DNA of 64,000 bases from Octopus vulgaris. Its lineage: Eukaryota. How positions within the stretch are numbered: the stretch's first letter is position 1; each line of letters begins with the position of its first letter. The notes under the pieces are model-generated. The model did not search any database, was not told the origin of the DNA, and saw nothing but the letters and a program-made list of their open reading frames with translations. This document shows positions 14,321 to 28,298 of the stretch, piece by piece. The stretch is taken from contig OX597824.1 of assembly GCA_951406725.2 (NCBI GenBank), forward strand, positions 67,146,001 to 67,210,000, written 5' to 3'. Made by a program: the position numbers and the translations under genes.

Positions 14321-14345
14321 CTGGAGAAGAAACAAAAAAGTTTTT
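14321..14345 (-). other. 3' splice acceptor of the C6orf120 coding exon (implies an upstream non-coding exon)
   Basis: The minus strand reads ...cttttttgtttcttctccAG|attgcc, 62 nt upstream of the ATG. Confidence 0.75.
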
Positions 14346-15107
14346 TTTAACAATTTACCAAAAAAAAAAGGACAGAATATAAAAAGAAAAGCAAAAACAC
14401 ACTTTTTTTTTAGATTTACAAATATTCATCATCCTTATCATTGTTTCAATATCCACTTTTCACACAGATTTTCTACAGCTGGATGCTCTTCCAGTTACAA
14501 ACACTCACCTGTTCTCAAGTAAGGTAATATATTCTCCTTGTCCTTTGGACACAAACAGCACAATGACAAGACACTTTCATGGAAGATTGCAAATAAACAA
14601 CATCACTGGTATGATGATAACATTCATTTACAACTGGCACATGATGTCAAAACAAAAAGATAAGAACACACACACATACATTCTCCCTCCCTGTCTGTCT
14701 GTCTCTAACTTTCTCTCTCTATCTCTCACAAAAACACACAGGCCAAAAACTTCTTTCAGTTTCTGTAAAGCTAATTCATCCATAAGAATTTGATTGGACC
14801 AGAGCCATAACTAAATAGACTTGCCCAAAGTGTTACAGAGTGGGACCGAAACCATAACCAAATGGTCATGAAGCAAGCTTCTTAATTACACAGCCATATC
14901 TGCATCTACAATTAAAATAATCAATCTAAATATCAAGGTGGACCCTCAAGATATGAGAGTGGATAGAAGTGAGTAGAGAGCAGGAGAACAAGAAATGAGG
15001 ATGAGTAGAGGTTGCAAGAGTGTATGGGAGAATGAGAGACGGTTAGCCTCTGTACAGAACATAGAATTAACTGCCCTTGGTTCTGATATACAAATTCTCT
15101 GTTTTAA

Positions 15108-15328
15108 CCCTTTCGTTACTGTATTAATTTTAAGATGCTCTGTGTTTCTTTCAATTACTTTAAATATAACAAAGAATTTAGTAAAATAACTTAGTTAACA
15201 TTCAGCTAGTGTTACGAGCATAAATTGTGACTAAGGTTTGGTGGAAGATTTTAATTCAAAACTTATGAAAACAAGACATTTGTACTACAGAGACAGAGCC
15301 GGTTTCAGCCAGGTTGGTAACGAAAGGG
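15108..15328. mobile_element. piggyBac-like MITE
   Basis: TTAA|ccctttcgttac ... gtaacgaaaggg|TTAA. Confidence 0.85.
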
Positions 15329-17886
15329 TTAAAGAGACCTAAATTAAAAACCTTCCATCAAAATTTCATGTTAATATTTCAAACATCTGCTTAATAACAA
15401 CAAAGTTATATCAACCCTTTATATTTAAGATTACTCTGTCAAATGTAATACTCATTTATTCACACTGTTTTCAATTAATAATGCAGTATCTTGCAGCTTT
15501 GAGATTTCAATAATAATCTTTCTTTTATTTGTTTGTCATTTGACTGCAGCCATGCTGGGGCACTGCCTTGAAAGGTTTTAGTTAAACAAATCAACTCCAG
15601 GACTTACTTTTTAAAACCTAGTACTTATTCCATCAGCCTCTTTTGCCGAACTGATGTAAACACACCACCACCGGTTGTCAAGCGGTGGTGAGGTATGAAC
15701 ACAGAAATATATATATAAAGGGCTTCTTTCAGTTTCCGTCTACCAAATCCACTCACAAGGCTTTGGTCAGCCCGAGGCAACAGTAGAAGAGACTTTCCCA
15801 AGGTACCACACAATGGGTCTGAACTCAGAACCATGTGGTTGAGAAGCAAGCTTCTTACTACACAGCCATGCCTGCATTTATAATGCAATTTTTTTCTTTT
15901 TAGAATGTCACTGTAGATAGGTGTGAAAAATCAGACCAGGTCAGTTGGGATATAATACAGGTTGAACATTTGGGCCAGATATGGCCTGTTTAAATGCTAA
16001 ATGGTTAATAAGTTCTACATTATTTTCAAAATTAATTAAAACAAAGGCTGTGTATATTTTAACAGAAATATGGTAACAAAAGGGTTAAACTGATACTGGT
16101 TTGCCTGACTGAATATCCAGCCAATTACAATATATAGTTGAGTTGATAGGATACCAAACAATCAGTCAGTGGTACTTAGTTGATGGTAGTGGTGCTTGCT
16201 TAAGTACTGGATGGTATGGGCTGTTGACAATTAAATGTCTTAATTACAAATAAAGCATAGTAATTTTAGAATATGAACCTCTAATCCAATGGTCCCAAAC
16301 AGTGAAACATGCAGTATCTAGATTACACTAAGGATTTTTTAAATAATTTAGGATCTTAGAAAATCTATTGTAATATTTGAGCATCTCGTAGAACTGTCAT
16401 CCATAATTTTGTTATACATATAACAGAGGACCGAAAGATGATGAAGGAGATGACAGAGGCCTGAGAGATGTAGTGCAAGACCCGCCCACCACAACACAAT
16501 TGAAATCCTAAAACCAAGGTCTCACATAAAAGGCAGTGGTGCTAGTGCCACAAGGAAAGCACTGATGATGATGCCACGAAAAAAAGCACCTAGTGCATCC
16601 TGTAAAGTGGTTGGCATTAGGAAGAGCATCCAGCCATAGAAACCAAGCCAAAACAGACTGTGGACCCTGGCCTTGTCAGTTCCTGTCAAGCTGAACAACC
16701 CATGGAAAACGGATGTTAAATGTTGATAATGATGAAGATGAAATATGATTACTAAAACATGGTAAACAATATTTTTCTATATTTTTCTCTAAATTTTTAT
16801 CTTTACAACCTACTGTCTTTAATAACTATCCACATGAAGTGTGACAACATTTTGCTCTTGTCAACCCCACCAAACAGATTGAGAACCAAAGCGCTAACCC
16901 TTCAGCTGGTAGTTCAGCACCTTAACAACAATGTGGCAAGAAAAGGAACATTGCAAGACAAAGCAAAAAATAACTTACTATTTGACTTATTGATGTTCAT
17001 ATTTATTCTAATGTTGTGTGGCAGGACTCTGTACTTGAACAAATCATTTCCAACTTTGAGAAAATCTTAAAGAAATTAAATAATTCATGAATTAAATGGT
17101 TTGAGGGAAAGAGTAAAGACTGAGCATGTGATCAAATGTTCAAACCTTAATGATGGAGCCAGTATGTTAATGCTGTTTCTTTGCAAAACACACAGATATG
17201 ATGGTATGAGTTTGTCTGAACTAAAAGAAGCTCCACTTACCTATTTCATAGTAAAGTGGTCAGTGATAGGAACGTTATCCAGCTATATAAACCATAACTC
17301 ATATAAAAGCCAACTCAAAACAGCAGAAATAGACATTATGTAAATTAATTATCAACGCTGGTTGCCAGCAGCCCCACACCCGTTTCTATGCAAGATTAAT
17401 ATTTCCCCATTGCTGTATATGTTTCTCATAGATGTCTAGAAACAAAGAACATTGCTTGTATGATGTTGACATTCATTTACAATTGTCACATAATGTCAAG
17501 GTGACACTGAAACACACATAAAGAAGCATATACACAACAGGCTTCTTTTAGTTTCCATTAACCAAATCCAGTTGCAAGACTTTGGTTGGCCTGGGGCAAC
17601 AATACAACACACTTGCCCAAGGTACTATGCCGTAGGACCGAATTGAAAATCACGTAGTTGGGGTGCAAACAGCAATGATAGGTAGACAGGTTGGTGGATT
17701 GATGGATGGATAATAGATAGATGAGATGTACTTCCATACAATTTCCATCTATCACGCTTCATCCATAAGATATTGGTAACCCTGAAGAGGCTACAATAGA
17801 AAGCACTTGCCCAAAGTGCTGTACTAAAGGCTCAAATCTATGGTTTGTAAAGCGCATTTCTAGACCACATTGGCTATCTGAGCCTA

Positions 17887-18292
17887 TATATATATGAAAG
17901 AAGGTTTGAAAATGCAATTTTAAAGATGTTTATTCATTTGACTGGTTTCACTTTTTAGAAAAAGATTGTCAAAAGTAAAATGTAAAGCTTTGTAATGTTA
18001 AGTACTGGTTGTCACAAAATATTACAATACATATGTATATTCTTTGATAATAATAATAAAATGTCAAAAACAGTTTACAGAGAAATATCTTGAGAAAATA
18101 TTAACATTTTCTTATTATTATCAAAGAATATATATATGTATTGTAATATTTTGTGACAACCAGTACTTAACACAACAAAGCTTTTACAGAGCTTTACATT
18201 TTACTTTTGAGAATCTTTTTCTAAAAAAGTGAATTCGGTCAAGTGAATAAACATCTTTAAAATTGTATTTTCAAACCTTCTTTCATATATAT
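17887..18292. mobile_element. Foldback element with ~180-bp arms, in a (TA)n context, hammerhead-like motif in each arm
   Basis: The arms are near reverse complements (atatgaaagaaggtttgaaaat... / ...attttcaaaccttctttcatat). Minus strand 17937-17974 reads uu-UUGACAA-u-cuuuu(ucu)aaaag-u-GAAA-ccaGUC-aaa. Confidence 0.75.
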
Positions 18293-18333
18293 TTCCACTT
18301 GTGCGGTACCTTACAACTTCACTTTGTTTCATA

Positions 18334-18366
<33 letters not shown>

Positions 18367-19369
18367 GAGCCTGATGCAGTCCTTGGACACACTGGACCCT
18401 ATCAAACCTTCCAATCCATGCCAGCATGGAACATGGATGTTAAACAATGTAGCAACTCAAGAGTACCAGCAAAGGCTTTGCAATATGACACAGACAAAAT
18501 GGTATATTCAGATTCTTTATTATGCAATTATGAATAGCTGTTGGCATTCATATAACACTGCTGTTGTATGGGGAATCTGTACAACCCCGTGATTGGCTAA
18601 GTGAACTATACTAGTTAGTATAAATGAGCATGCACAGAACAGTCAGGGTATAGGTTATAGGAATTATTGAATAAAAAATCATAGAGTGCTTGTTGAAGAT
18701 ACACAGTTGGAGAGTAAAAGAGAACATCAGGAACGTTTGATATTATAACAGTTCAGATAAAACAGTGATGACGAGAAGTTGATATCAATTGCGCTTCTTC
18801 ATCCATCTCTCTCAAAAAAAATTATGTATTTATATTTACTTTCTAAAGCATGGCAAGATGGAGGTGAGGTGTATGGATAACTTTTGTTACTCGTCTAAAA
18901 TTTATCCTGCATCAATAAGTGTTGACATACACATAAAATTATTGCCCTTCACCAATTTTTTCAAAACATATTTACATTTTCTTTAACTTTAACATAATCA
19001 TGTATATTGGCATGGTAGGAGTGAAAAATGTCTGTGTACCATCCATGCCTTTTATGATATATAAAGAGAAGAGCAATGCATGCTTAACAAGTGTTTTGTT
19101 AGTTTCAAATACTGATGTGAACAGAAGCTTTACTATAGGCAAAAACAACCCACAAACCTCAATTACCAAGGTATTAGTGATGGAAAGAAGGTTGGAAGTT
19201 CTGTGACCACTGATGTGTATCCTGTACATTGTTTTGATAAATTGTGCAGTGATGCTCTCTCATCACATAAGACTAGGTACTTTCTTATAAAAAAAAATGC
19301 CTGCAGTGGGACAAATTTATACCACATTAGGCATAAGCTTGGATTTGGAAAATGGATACTGAAAGAAGC

Positions 19370-19396
<27 letters not shown>

Positions 19397-19400
<4 letters not shown>

Positions 19401-19650
19401 GTCATCCCATAATTTCTGTCCAAATTTTGAATAAAGAAAACAAGTGATCAAATGTTATATTTAATTGAAATTTAATCATTAATGTACTTTCCTTGATTAT
19501 CTACAACTTCCTTCCATCTATTTAGAAGCTTTATAATCCCATCAATGTAAAATTCTTTGCGTATCTTCCATTAATCAAATACCCAACAGACACTGAGAAA
19601 GTGAACATGCTTTACCAGTAAACTACCAGGTCTATACTATACGATTTATT
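19397..19650 (-). mobile_element. Deleted mariner element
   Basis: The minus strand encodes KEFYIDGIIKLLNRWKEVVDNQGKYIND (mariner C-terminus). Abuts (TA)n. Confidence 0.7.
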
Positions 19651-21751
19651 AAGTAATATATATATGTGTGTGTGTGTTCATATATGTGTGTGTGCATGTA
19701 TGTGCACGCAAGTGTGTATGTTAATCTCTCCTTGTCTTTATGATAGTCATAAACAAGTATCACCACCATACAAGTGATGTCATTCATTTCCGATCTTCCA
19801 TGTAAATACATCTAGCTATGGAGAAATATTACCTAACTTGGAAACAGATGTAGTTTGCCAGCAGAAAGGGCATCGGCCATAGAAAATCTGCCTCGACAAA
19901 TTTCCATCTGACCCATGCAAGCATGGAAAAATAGCCATTAAAACAATGATGATAAGTGTTGAGAGCAGAGCTGATGTGGTAGTGGACAACAAGGAGAGAG
20001 GTCAGCAGATTCTATATTCTGATGATTGGCACTGGATTTGTTATGTGGTCCAGACACTTAACCGAACGCAAGCATGAATGCTTAATTCAGAAGTCTGCTT
20101 TGTAGTTAAGTGGTTTCAAATTCTGTTATACTGCTTGGATAGGTCTTTTCTACTCCAGCCTCAGGCTAATGAACATCTTGATCAAATGTCTCCTACCACA
20201 ACCTCAGGGTGACCAACACCTTGAACAAGTGTTTTCTACTACTGCCAAGCAACAATGTTGAAAAGTGTCTAGCCCTAACCATAGCCTCAGGTTGACCAAC
20301 ACCTTAGACAAATGTCTCCTACCAGAGCCTCAGGCTCACCAAGCCTTATGAATGTGGTTTAGTAGATGGAAATTGTATAGAAGCTCATTGGAGAGGCCAT
20401 TTTTTAGTTTCCATGTGTTCCTTGTATGCTTTTTGTGGAGTCTACACTGTTGTAAATTTTGAAGCCAAGTCTTCTGTCTAAGGTTAACTTACATCAGTCT
20501 TAAAGGCCCTGAAAAAGAACTGAGATACTGGCTTTACTCCTTTGACTATGCCATTCAAATTAACCAGTAGGAAACCTTGTACAATATAAGCATCAATTAA
20601 CCAAAAGGAGTTCATAGAATGTTGTTATGCCTGATTACTGTGTACCTATTTCCTGAACAACAACACTTTCATATTTTTCTAAGTTGGACTGTTGTGTACC
20701 TACAGCCATCTTTGCCTTTCTCTATTCTTTCCTAAAGGACAAAAAAAGTAAAATGTTAGACTTTCCTCTGCTCACAGCAATCAAACTTACTGACATTATG
20801 TGACCTTTCTTTTGTATATCTAGAACTACATTATCCAATGTGTCAAGATACTAGAGTTTATTTTAGGGTGATTTGGCAACCATACAAAGTTACTTTCATT
20901 GCACATTTGTGTGTGCTGTTCATGAAAAGTATATGGATTTGCTTGGAAAAGAAAGGAAAAAAAGAGAAGCTCTGGTCATCAAAAAAAAAATTAAAAAATT
21001 AAAGACTAAAGGTTTTGTCAAATAACATTGTACTTACATGATCATCCAGTTTTACTGTAGTCTTGATATTTTCGTATATTTATAAGAATATTTGATTATA
21101 GTCACTTCCCTCATGCTAACAAATAAGACAAGTTGAAGTTCTTTCAGGTTAGATATTTTCTCAAATTACTCTGGAAAGATACAAGGCAAAGTTTAAAGCC
21201 ACAGCAGTATATGTGCAGTACATGTCTTCATTAATTTAGAATTTTATTTTAAAACAAGCATATTTACATTGTATTGTTTTACTTGGAGATGATCATATTT
21301 TGCCAATTAGATCATTCTCAAGTATAATAATATTTGTGTCAACTCAAGAATCTTGAAAAACAAATACATAAATGTAACATATTTACACTGGCTTACTAGA
21401 AATACCAGCCAATTCTTCAAATTACACCTTACCATCTGAGAGTAGACCTATGTTTTTTTTAGATAATGTAATCTTATATAGACTGGGATGTATACCAGTT
21501 GTGTGTCTTTAATAAGTCTGCTCAGTCAAGACTGACCTGGGGGCTAAACAACATGTTTATATCTACTAAGTTAATTACTTCAGTGGTGTAATATATAATT
21601 AATGTTGATTGTATTTCATCTAACCAATACCATGGTATGTATAAAAGAGGAGTGTTACTTGACATATGACAAATAATGTTCAGAATACACTTTGCCACTG
21701 TGGTTTAATATCAGATAACATTACATGGTTATATTAGCTATACTATATTAA

Positions 21752-21968
21752 CTCTTTAGTATTTAAACTGGACATATATAGCCCAAAATATTCTACCTGT
21801 TTTATGTTCAAACTGACCAGATGTGGCTTTTCACAACTATCTAACAGTCATTCCAAAACTAAACAGCCAAATTTGAATTCTTAAAGCTATGAGTTAAAGC
21901 ATGATTGATTCAAAACAATATGAATAAATAAGCATTACATTTGATAGAATAATCTGAATGCTAAAGGG
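21752..21968. mobile_element. piggyBac-like MITE, second family (siblings at ~1445-1650 and ~15413-16007)
   Basis: TTAA|ctctttagtatt ... aatgctaaaggg|TTAA. Confidence 0.65.
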
Positions 21969-22139
21969 TTAAAGATACCTAGGACTACATAATTCATGTT
22001 CTGTCCTTTTTTAAAACACTTCTGTTCACATATTTCTAATGAAATGCATTGCCTTTGTTTAAATTAATCTTGAAAATAAAGAATTTAGTGAAATAATTTT
22101 GTCATTAAGGTAATGTTTGAAACATAAATTAATACTCTT

Positions 22140-22487
22140 TTACTCTCTCTCTCTTTTACTTGTTTCACTGTGGTCATGCTGGAGCATCGCCTTTAGTCAA
22201 GCAAAGTGACCCCAGGACTTATTCTTTGTAAGCCGAGTACTTATTCTATCGGTCTCTTTTGCCGAACCGCTAAGTTATGGGGACGTAAACACACCAGCAT
22301 CGGTTGTCAGGTGATGTTGAGGTAACAAACACAGACACACAAACATATACACACACATACATATATAACTCACAAGGCTTTGGTTGGCCCGAGGCTATAG
22401 TAGAAGCCCAAGGTGCCACGCGATGGGACTGAACCCAGAACCATGTGGTTGATAAGCAAGCTACTTACCACACAGCCACTCCTACGT
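22140..22487 (-). mobile_element. Family-A tRNA-derived SINE (siblings at ~623-780, 15530-15873, 29420-29690, 40900-41290, 43730-43870, 61265-61390)
   Basis: Head tggctgtgtggtaag...ggttcagtccc...ccttgggcaagtgtcttctactatagcctcgggcc, and tail gccccagcatggccgcagtc. Confidence 0.85.
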
Positions 22488-23162
22488 CTATATAATGTGA
22501 AATTTTGATGAAAAGTTTTAATTTAAATCACTTTAAAACAGATTTTTATTATAAAAACCGAGGATAGTCTCAGCAGGGTTGGTAGCAAAAGGGTAAAGAT
22601 GACAGGTTATGATTTGAGAGATATTCGGTTGCTATTTCCAACAGAATAAGTGATCACACAGAGTTATACACGCTCATTTGTTGACTATAGGTTAAAAGTG
22701 TTCTGTTGAGGTATTCACAACAAGTGAGATAAGAGACATTTGAAAGACAATGGGAAAGCAAGCAAAAAAAAAAAAATACACATAAAATACTGACTATTGC
22801 TTAAGACAAGGTTTTTGGTGTTTAATGATATGGAAACATTAAATTCCCCAACACCCAGTAAATTATCCTCTGAGTAAAAGCATTTTCACAAACTGTTGAA
22901 ACAAATGAAACAAAACATTAATACAATTTTACCTTAACTTATCTATTAATAGTAAGAAAAAAAAATAAAGAAAAACACCAGTACAATCAACAATTGCTAT
23001 TATTTTTAGGATAATAGGGTGGTATTTAAGAAAGATTCAGTTACAATTTCTGGTTGAGTAAGAACATTGATAGCTCCTCTGTTGGCTCAACATTTTTGAC
23101 CTCTACTTACAAAACCCTCTCATTATCTCTATAAAACATACAGACCACCTCATATCTAGAGG

Positions 23163-23165
<3 letters not shown>

Positions 23166-23209
<44 letters not shown>

Positions 23210-23618
23210 TGTACAGTGCTCAGGTGCACTACAACTCATCTAAAGTGTATATATAATCAGGTGTAGTTTCGGCGGATTTCGGAAAGCATGAGGGCCTTAA
23301 AGGATGCAGTGTCATGGCAGTCAACAACTGACGCAGGCAGTTTATTCCATGCTTCAGTAACTCTGAGCGTGAAAAAATGTTTCCGAAAGTCATGGGAGCT
23401 GTGTTGTTTTCTGACTTTGTAGGCATGTCCACGTGTGGTAGACACATGGAGATCAAAAAGGTGTTCAGTGTTGTTGTTGGTGAGGTGGTTGATAACCTTG
23501 TGGGTGTTTACCAAGTCCGTCGCCAGACGCCGGAGCTTCAGTGAATCCATGCCCAGGGAAACAAGGCGCTCAGAATATGGTAGGTGTCTGATGGAGGGTA
23601 TGCGTTTGGTTGCACGTC
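23166..23618 (-). mobile_element. CR1-type LINE 3' end with (ATT)n tail
   Basis: SLKLRRLATDL...TRGHAYK...RKHFFTLRVTEAWNKLPASVV is a typical CR1 C-terminus. (TAA)n at 23166-23208. Confidence 0.85.
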
Positions 23619-23619
23619 T

Positions 23620-24270
23620 CTGGTATCATACACCTCACTACCATTCTCTAGATAGCTGCATAACAACTCCACTCTGCATAAATCAGTTCGAAACCTGGCT
23701 AGACAACAACAGACTTAAAGTTGCACCCACTGAATCTTCCTTATCAGCTATACAAGAGAACATCAAATACAACTGACCCTCACACTCAAAAGAAGATAAA
23801 AACTATAAGAGGTTACATACAACACCTCCAGTACATTCACAACGTGTATAATGCATAGTAAAATAAGCAAAACAATGCACAAATATACTTAGACATTACA
23901 AGTACTACATTCAGTAAAAAAATTAACCAATGCTACACAAACAATATAACATGAATGATAGCAATGATCTCCTTGGGCCCTCAGTTTCTTTACAATAAAC
24001 AAAAGAACCTACACTGTAACCAAGATAACATACTATACATTTTCACAGAGTATACATAAACCACTTATTCACTAGCTACAAAACAAAACTATTAAAAATG
24101 AAAGACCATCATGTATTTTCATGCAAGGCGCACATTTTGTTTCAAGAAGCTTCAACTGCAGTCCCTGTCATTCCATGAAAAACGACCACCAATCACATAC
24201 ATCATACCTCAGAGTTCAACTACATCTTCAAAACACTATCTTTCTCACTCAGAACAAAACATAAGAAATA
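23620..24270 (+). mobile_element. Highly decayed LINE RT remnant
   Basis: FETWLDNNRLKVAPTES resembles the post-YADD RT segment. A/C-rich composition. Confidence 0.4.
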
Positions 24271-25381
24271 TCCACCCAATGGCATCAAACACTATGCTGG
24301 GATGCACACCAGTGCAGAGGAACAGCAACTATTGCACTTGGAGTCCATTTTGTCTATCACTGTTGTAATTACAATCAAAATCTGCCAGTGGAGAGAAATA
24401 GGCTGGACAGTGGTGAGTACAACATGGTCAGACTGTCAGGTTTCACCCCATATGATCCGTCACTGTATTCTGGATTGTGCAGAACCCAAAATGCTGATAT
24501 GTTATAATTATAAGTCACACCTTGTCGCTCAGCCAGCTATCTGTATGTAATAGAACTGCTTGATTGGGGTTACTCTTGGATACCCAACAACAATAACTAC
24601 ACCATTCAACAAAGGAGTCTCTAGACTGTCACTCAATCTGGTAGAAATAGCAGCTAAATCACCCTCAAATCATACTTTACCATTTTAAAACAATTATACT
24701 GATACCATTTTAAAACAATTATACTGATGTGAAAATCATAGTTAAAATGCCTTTGATCATACAGCTGACTCAGGGCTAAATACCAACTGCAGCAATTACA
24801 ATAAACACATAGCCTCAATTAAAGACAAAAAATACTTCACTTTCTATAATGCCAGTCTACCCATAACTATTACAGCTGTACATCTACCCAAGAAACATTC
24901 TTTCAAACAGCTGAGGGGGGTACAGTTCAGAAAAAATGAAACCCCAGTAGTGGGTTTGAACCAATAATCTATAGGTCAGCAATAGAACATTGTAAACCAT
25001 TTAGGTGTAAAGGTAGCCAAGGACACAGTCTTTAGTTTGATAATATTGATAAAACTATAAATATAGAGTATACAGAGATATCAGAAATTAATCATCCGGT
25101 GGTATAGAATTAACAAGTACAATGACAGCAAATATTGAAACACACCACAGAAATATGATTTAACAACGTAGAAGAATGAAGCATAATATAGAAGGGCACA
25201 GAAGAATTTGATTTCAAAAATTGTTTTTATCCTGACTGTGTGGTAAAACAGCATTGAATTGAGTAAAGAAATTAAGAATCTGATTATTAAAGTAGAAAAA
25301 TTCTATTTGAATCTAATTAACAGACATGCTATGAACAGGTAACGTATTAGATACAGGATAGCATATTTTCTGTAGCTTTAA

Positions 25382-25790
25382 CCCTTTTGTTACCACATTG
25401 CAGGTGGCACATAAAAAGCACCCACTACACTCACGGAGTGGTTGGTGTTAGGAAGGGCATCCAACTGAAGAAACATTTCCAGATAAGACTGGAGCCTGGT
25501 GCAGCTTTCTGGCTTCCCAGATCCCCGGTCGAACCGTCCAACCCATGCTAGCATGGAGAACGGACGTTAAACGATGATGATGATGATGATTTCTGCTAAA
25601 ATACAGTCTTTGTTTCAATTAATTTTGGAAATAATCAAAAATTTAATTAAATAATTTTGTCATTAAGTTGGTATTTGAAACCTAAACTGACATGAAATGT
25701 AGATAGAAAGTTTAAATTAAGATCATTTTAAAACAGGGAGTTCGTATCATAAATCCAGGGTCAATTTCAAGCAGATTGGTATCAAAAGGG
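25382..25790. mobile_element. piggyBac-like MITE interrupted by a young SINE (25400-25590)
   Basis: ttaacccttttgttacc ... ggtatcaaaaggg. The insert ends in cggacgttaaac(gat)n. Confidence 0.65.
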
Positions 25791-26936
25791 TGGAGTGGGT
25801 TGTAGGAAAAAATCCCCAGATAATGTAGCTATAACGTAAAACTATATATATATATATCATCATCATCATATATATATATATCAATGTAAAATGATTTTTT
25901 TGTGTTAAACTACAATAGATTGTGTGGACTTTACAACTGATATATTTCAATTTTGACATAATTTACTAGGCGAATCCTCATCAGTAACTATGTCATAACA
26001 ATTAACATAATTTAAAGACAAATAACACGTGTCTCATCATTATATGTTATAATTTTACAAAATTCACCATGCAACTGCAGTTTCAGTTGGCAATAAGTGA
26101 AAAATGCCAAACCAATCTTCGAAATGCTAAAATTGTATTCGTAAATTATATAGGGTAGTGAATATTTTTAGAAATTTCACCACCAGTGGCCTAGCATGTA
26201 TAAAAAGTCAATAGACAACATATTCTCAATATAAAATAGTGTACATTTAAACACAAGAGAAAACTACCTTTAACAGGTAATGTTTACATGCTATATATAA
26301 AGATATATATGCGTGTGTGACTGGTAGTAGTAGGCTTGTTTCTAAATTCTGAAATATATACAACATAAATTTGACATATGATGAGGACTGCACAGCAGTT
26401 AAGCAGGCTGAATGCAATTTGAGACTCTGCTAATCCTACTCTAAGCAGAAGATCTATGACAATAGCTGTAAGAAAACTGAATAAACAGTGAGGCACAACT
26501 GGCATAAGCATGGCTGCGTGTGTGGTTAAGAAGTTCACATTCAAATCACATGGTTTCAGGTTCAGTCCTTTTTAGGGCCTCTAAGACAGGAGCAGAGAAA
26601 CAATGAAGCTATTCTCAGGCCAACAACATTGGTGTTATAATGGGCAACAGATTAAACCAGCTACCAATAACAGGAAAGGTCCCTTTGACAGTCTTCAAAT
26701 GGATTAATTACAACCTCTGAGGATGAGATCAATCTGAAGTTACTATAGTCAAACAGTGGGATCTTATTAAGTCCCCAGGCATGAGACAATGTGTTACCTC
26801 ATTTGTGTTGCCTTACAGAATAAATTTGTTAAAAAATCATTTTTGTTTGGGTTCATTCAATTGTGAATGTTAAAAGATATTTACCTCTTGGTATACCTAG
26901 AAACTTGTACTTTTCACACTCACTAAGGTAGGTTAT

Positions 26937-27279
26937 TCTGTTGTGTCTGGGGAGAGTAATTTTCTTTTTATGCCTTATAATTTAACACACACACCAGTAA
27001 AATTTCCACTTATTTCTTATTTTTATTTTCCTAAAATTTTCGTTGCATCTTGCAACCTTTTTGATAGTCTTGAAGACTACTAAAGACAACTGAAAACTAT
27101 TGAAAAGGTTGCAAGACGCAACGAAAATTTTAGGAAAATAAAAATAAGTGGAAATTTTACCGGTGAGTGTGTTAAATTATAAAGCACAAAAAGAAAATGA
27201 CTCTCCCCAGACACAACAGAATATGCTTCAACACACAAACTCGTATAAAGAATCTTGCAAACCAAATCCAAAAACGAAA
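26937..27279. mobile_element. Foldback Penelope-like (pLTR-type) non-autonomous element, 13-bp TSD
   Basis: TSD taaggtaggttat at 26924-26936 and 27280-27292. Inverted arms of ~130 bp (~26935-27069 and ~27095-27222), with the right arm extended by an unpaired tail. Confidence 0.8.
27097..27133 (+). ncRNA. Minimal hammerhead variant (U3-A8 core)
   Basis: cua-UUGAAAA-g-guugc(aagac)gcaac-GAAA-auuu-uag: stems I and II pair, and the C3-G8 pair is replaced by U3-A8. Confidence 0.55.
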
Positions 27280-27839
27280 TAAGGTAGGTTATATAAATGG
27301 TTAAGCAACAATGAAACAAATATATTCATTCAGCAAACTTTAACAAGTTTAGTGAATGAGTATGTGGGAAGGAAATTTTAAGTATTTATGCTGATCATAC
27401 CTAAAATCATAATTGCTATATTTATAGATGAGAAGTCTCACAACAATATGAAGGAATTACATAGTAACACAATTGTTTCTTAATACCAAAGAAATGTCTT
27501 TGTCAAGACTCTAGCAGACGCATACATAAAAAGAGAGAGGTTGTGGTCAAGGCTGTCTTAGCAGCATTATAAACACCCCTGGGCAGGCAAATCAATGCAT
27601 TGGGACCTATAGCATTTATTTATTGATAAAAAACCACAACAGACACACATAGATCATAATTGTAATCTATCAGACTTGTGGGGCCCCTACCATAAGACTG
27701 CAATGGATGTGGTGGTGTTTCTTTTTAGAGTCAATTCTGTCTATAAACAAATAAATATTCTATAAACTTTTAAAAACAAAACAATAACATAAGCCTTATT
27801 TATATAAAATAGTGTTGGTACAATTACTTATTTCTCACA

Positions 27840-28298
27840 TTATTTACATTTGATGGATATTTGTTCTCATCTTGTTTGTTGTTAATACAATGTCTCAGCT
27901 GATATACCCTCCAGCCTTCATCAGGTGTTCTCATTCCTAAGGTATTTTTCGATGTTGTTGTTGTTGTTATCATTATTATTATTATTCAAGTCACTGCCTG
28001 GAATCGAACTTGGAATTTTGGGGTTAGTAGCCTGCGCTCTTAACCACTACACCATATGCCCATGGTTAACAGTGCAGGCTACTAACCCCAAGATTCCGAG
28101 TTCAATTCCAGGCAGTGACCTGAATAATAATAATAACATCGAAAAATACCTTAGGAATGAGAACCCAGGTTCGAAATTTCCCCAAGACACCTGATGAAGG
28201 CTGGAAGGTATATCAGCTGAAACGTTGTATTAACAAACATGATAAGGATAAATATCCGTCAAATGTAAATAATTCCTTATCTCTTAAATATAGAACTG
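27840..28298. mobile_element. Foldback retroelement: two head-to-head copies of a tRNA-headed, hammerhead-bearing SINE-like unit, 15-bp TSD
   Basis: TSD tacttatttctcaca at 27825-27839 and 28299-28313. Inverted arms. A box TGGTGTAGTGG and B box GTTCGATTCC on the minus strand from 28061. CTGATGA..GAAACGTT at 28191-28226. Confidence 0.85.
28187..28230 (+). ncRNA. Minimal hammerhead ribozyme motif
   Basis: acac-CUGAUGA-a-ggcug(gaagguauau)cagcu-GAAA-cguu-guau: conserved core, stem II, palindromic AACGUU stem III, one mismatch in stem I. Confidence 0.7.

Noticed and set aside
25971-25990. Minus-strand CTGATGA followed by a small hairpin
   Set aside because: No GAAA or stem III follows, so it is not counted as a hammerhead.
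27990-28120. Apparent tRNA genes (ACT anticodon) on both strands
   Set aside because: The acceptor stem does not pair properly, and the sequence is embedded in a TSD-flanked repeat. Treated as a SINE head.
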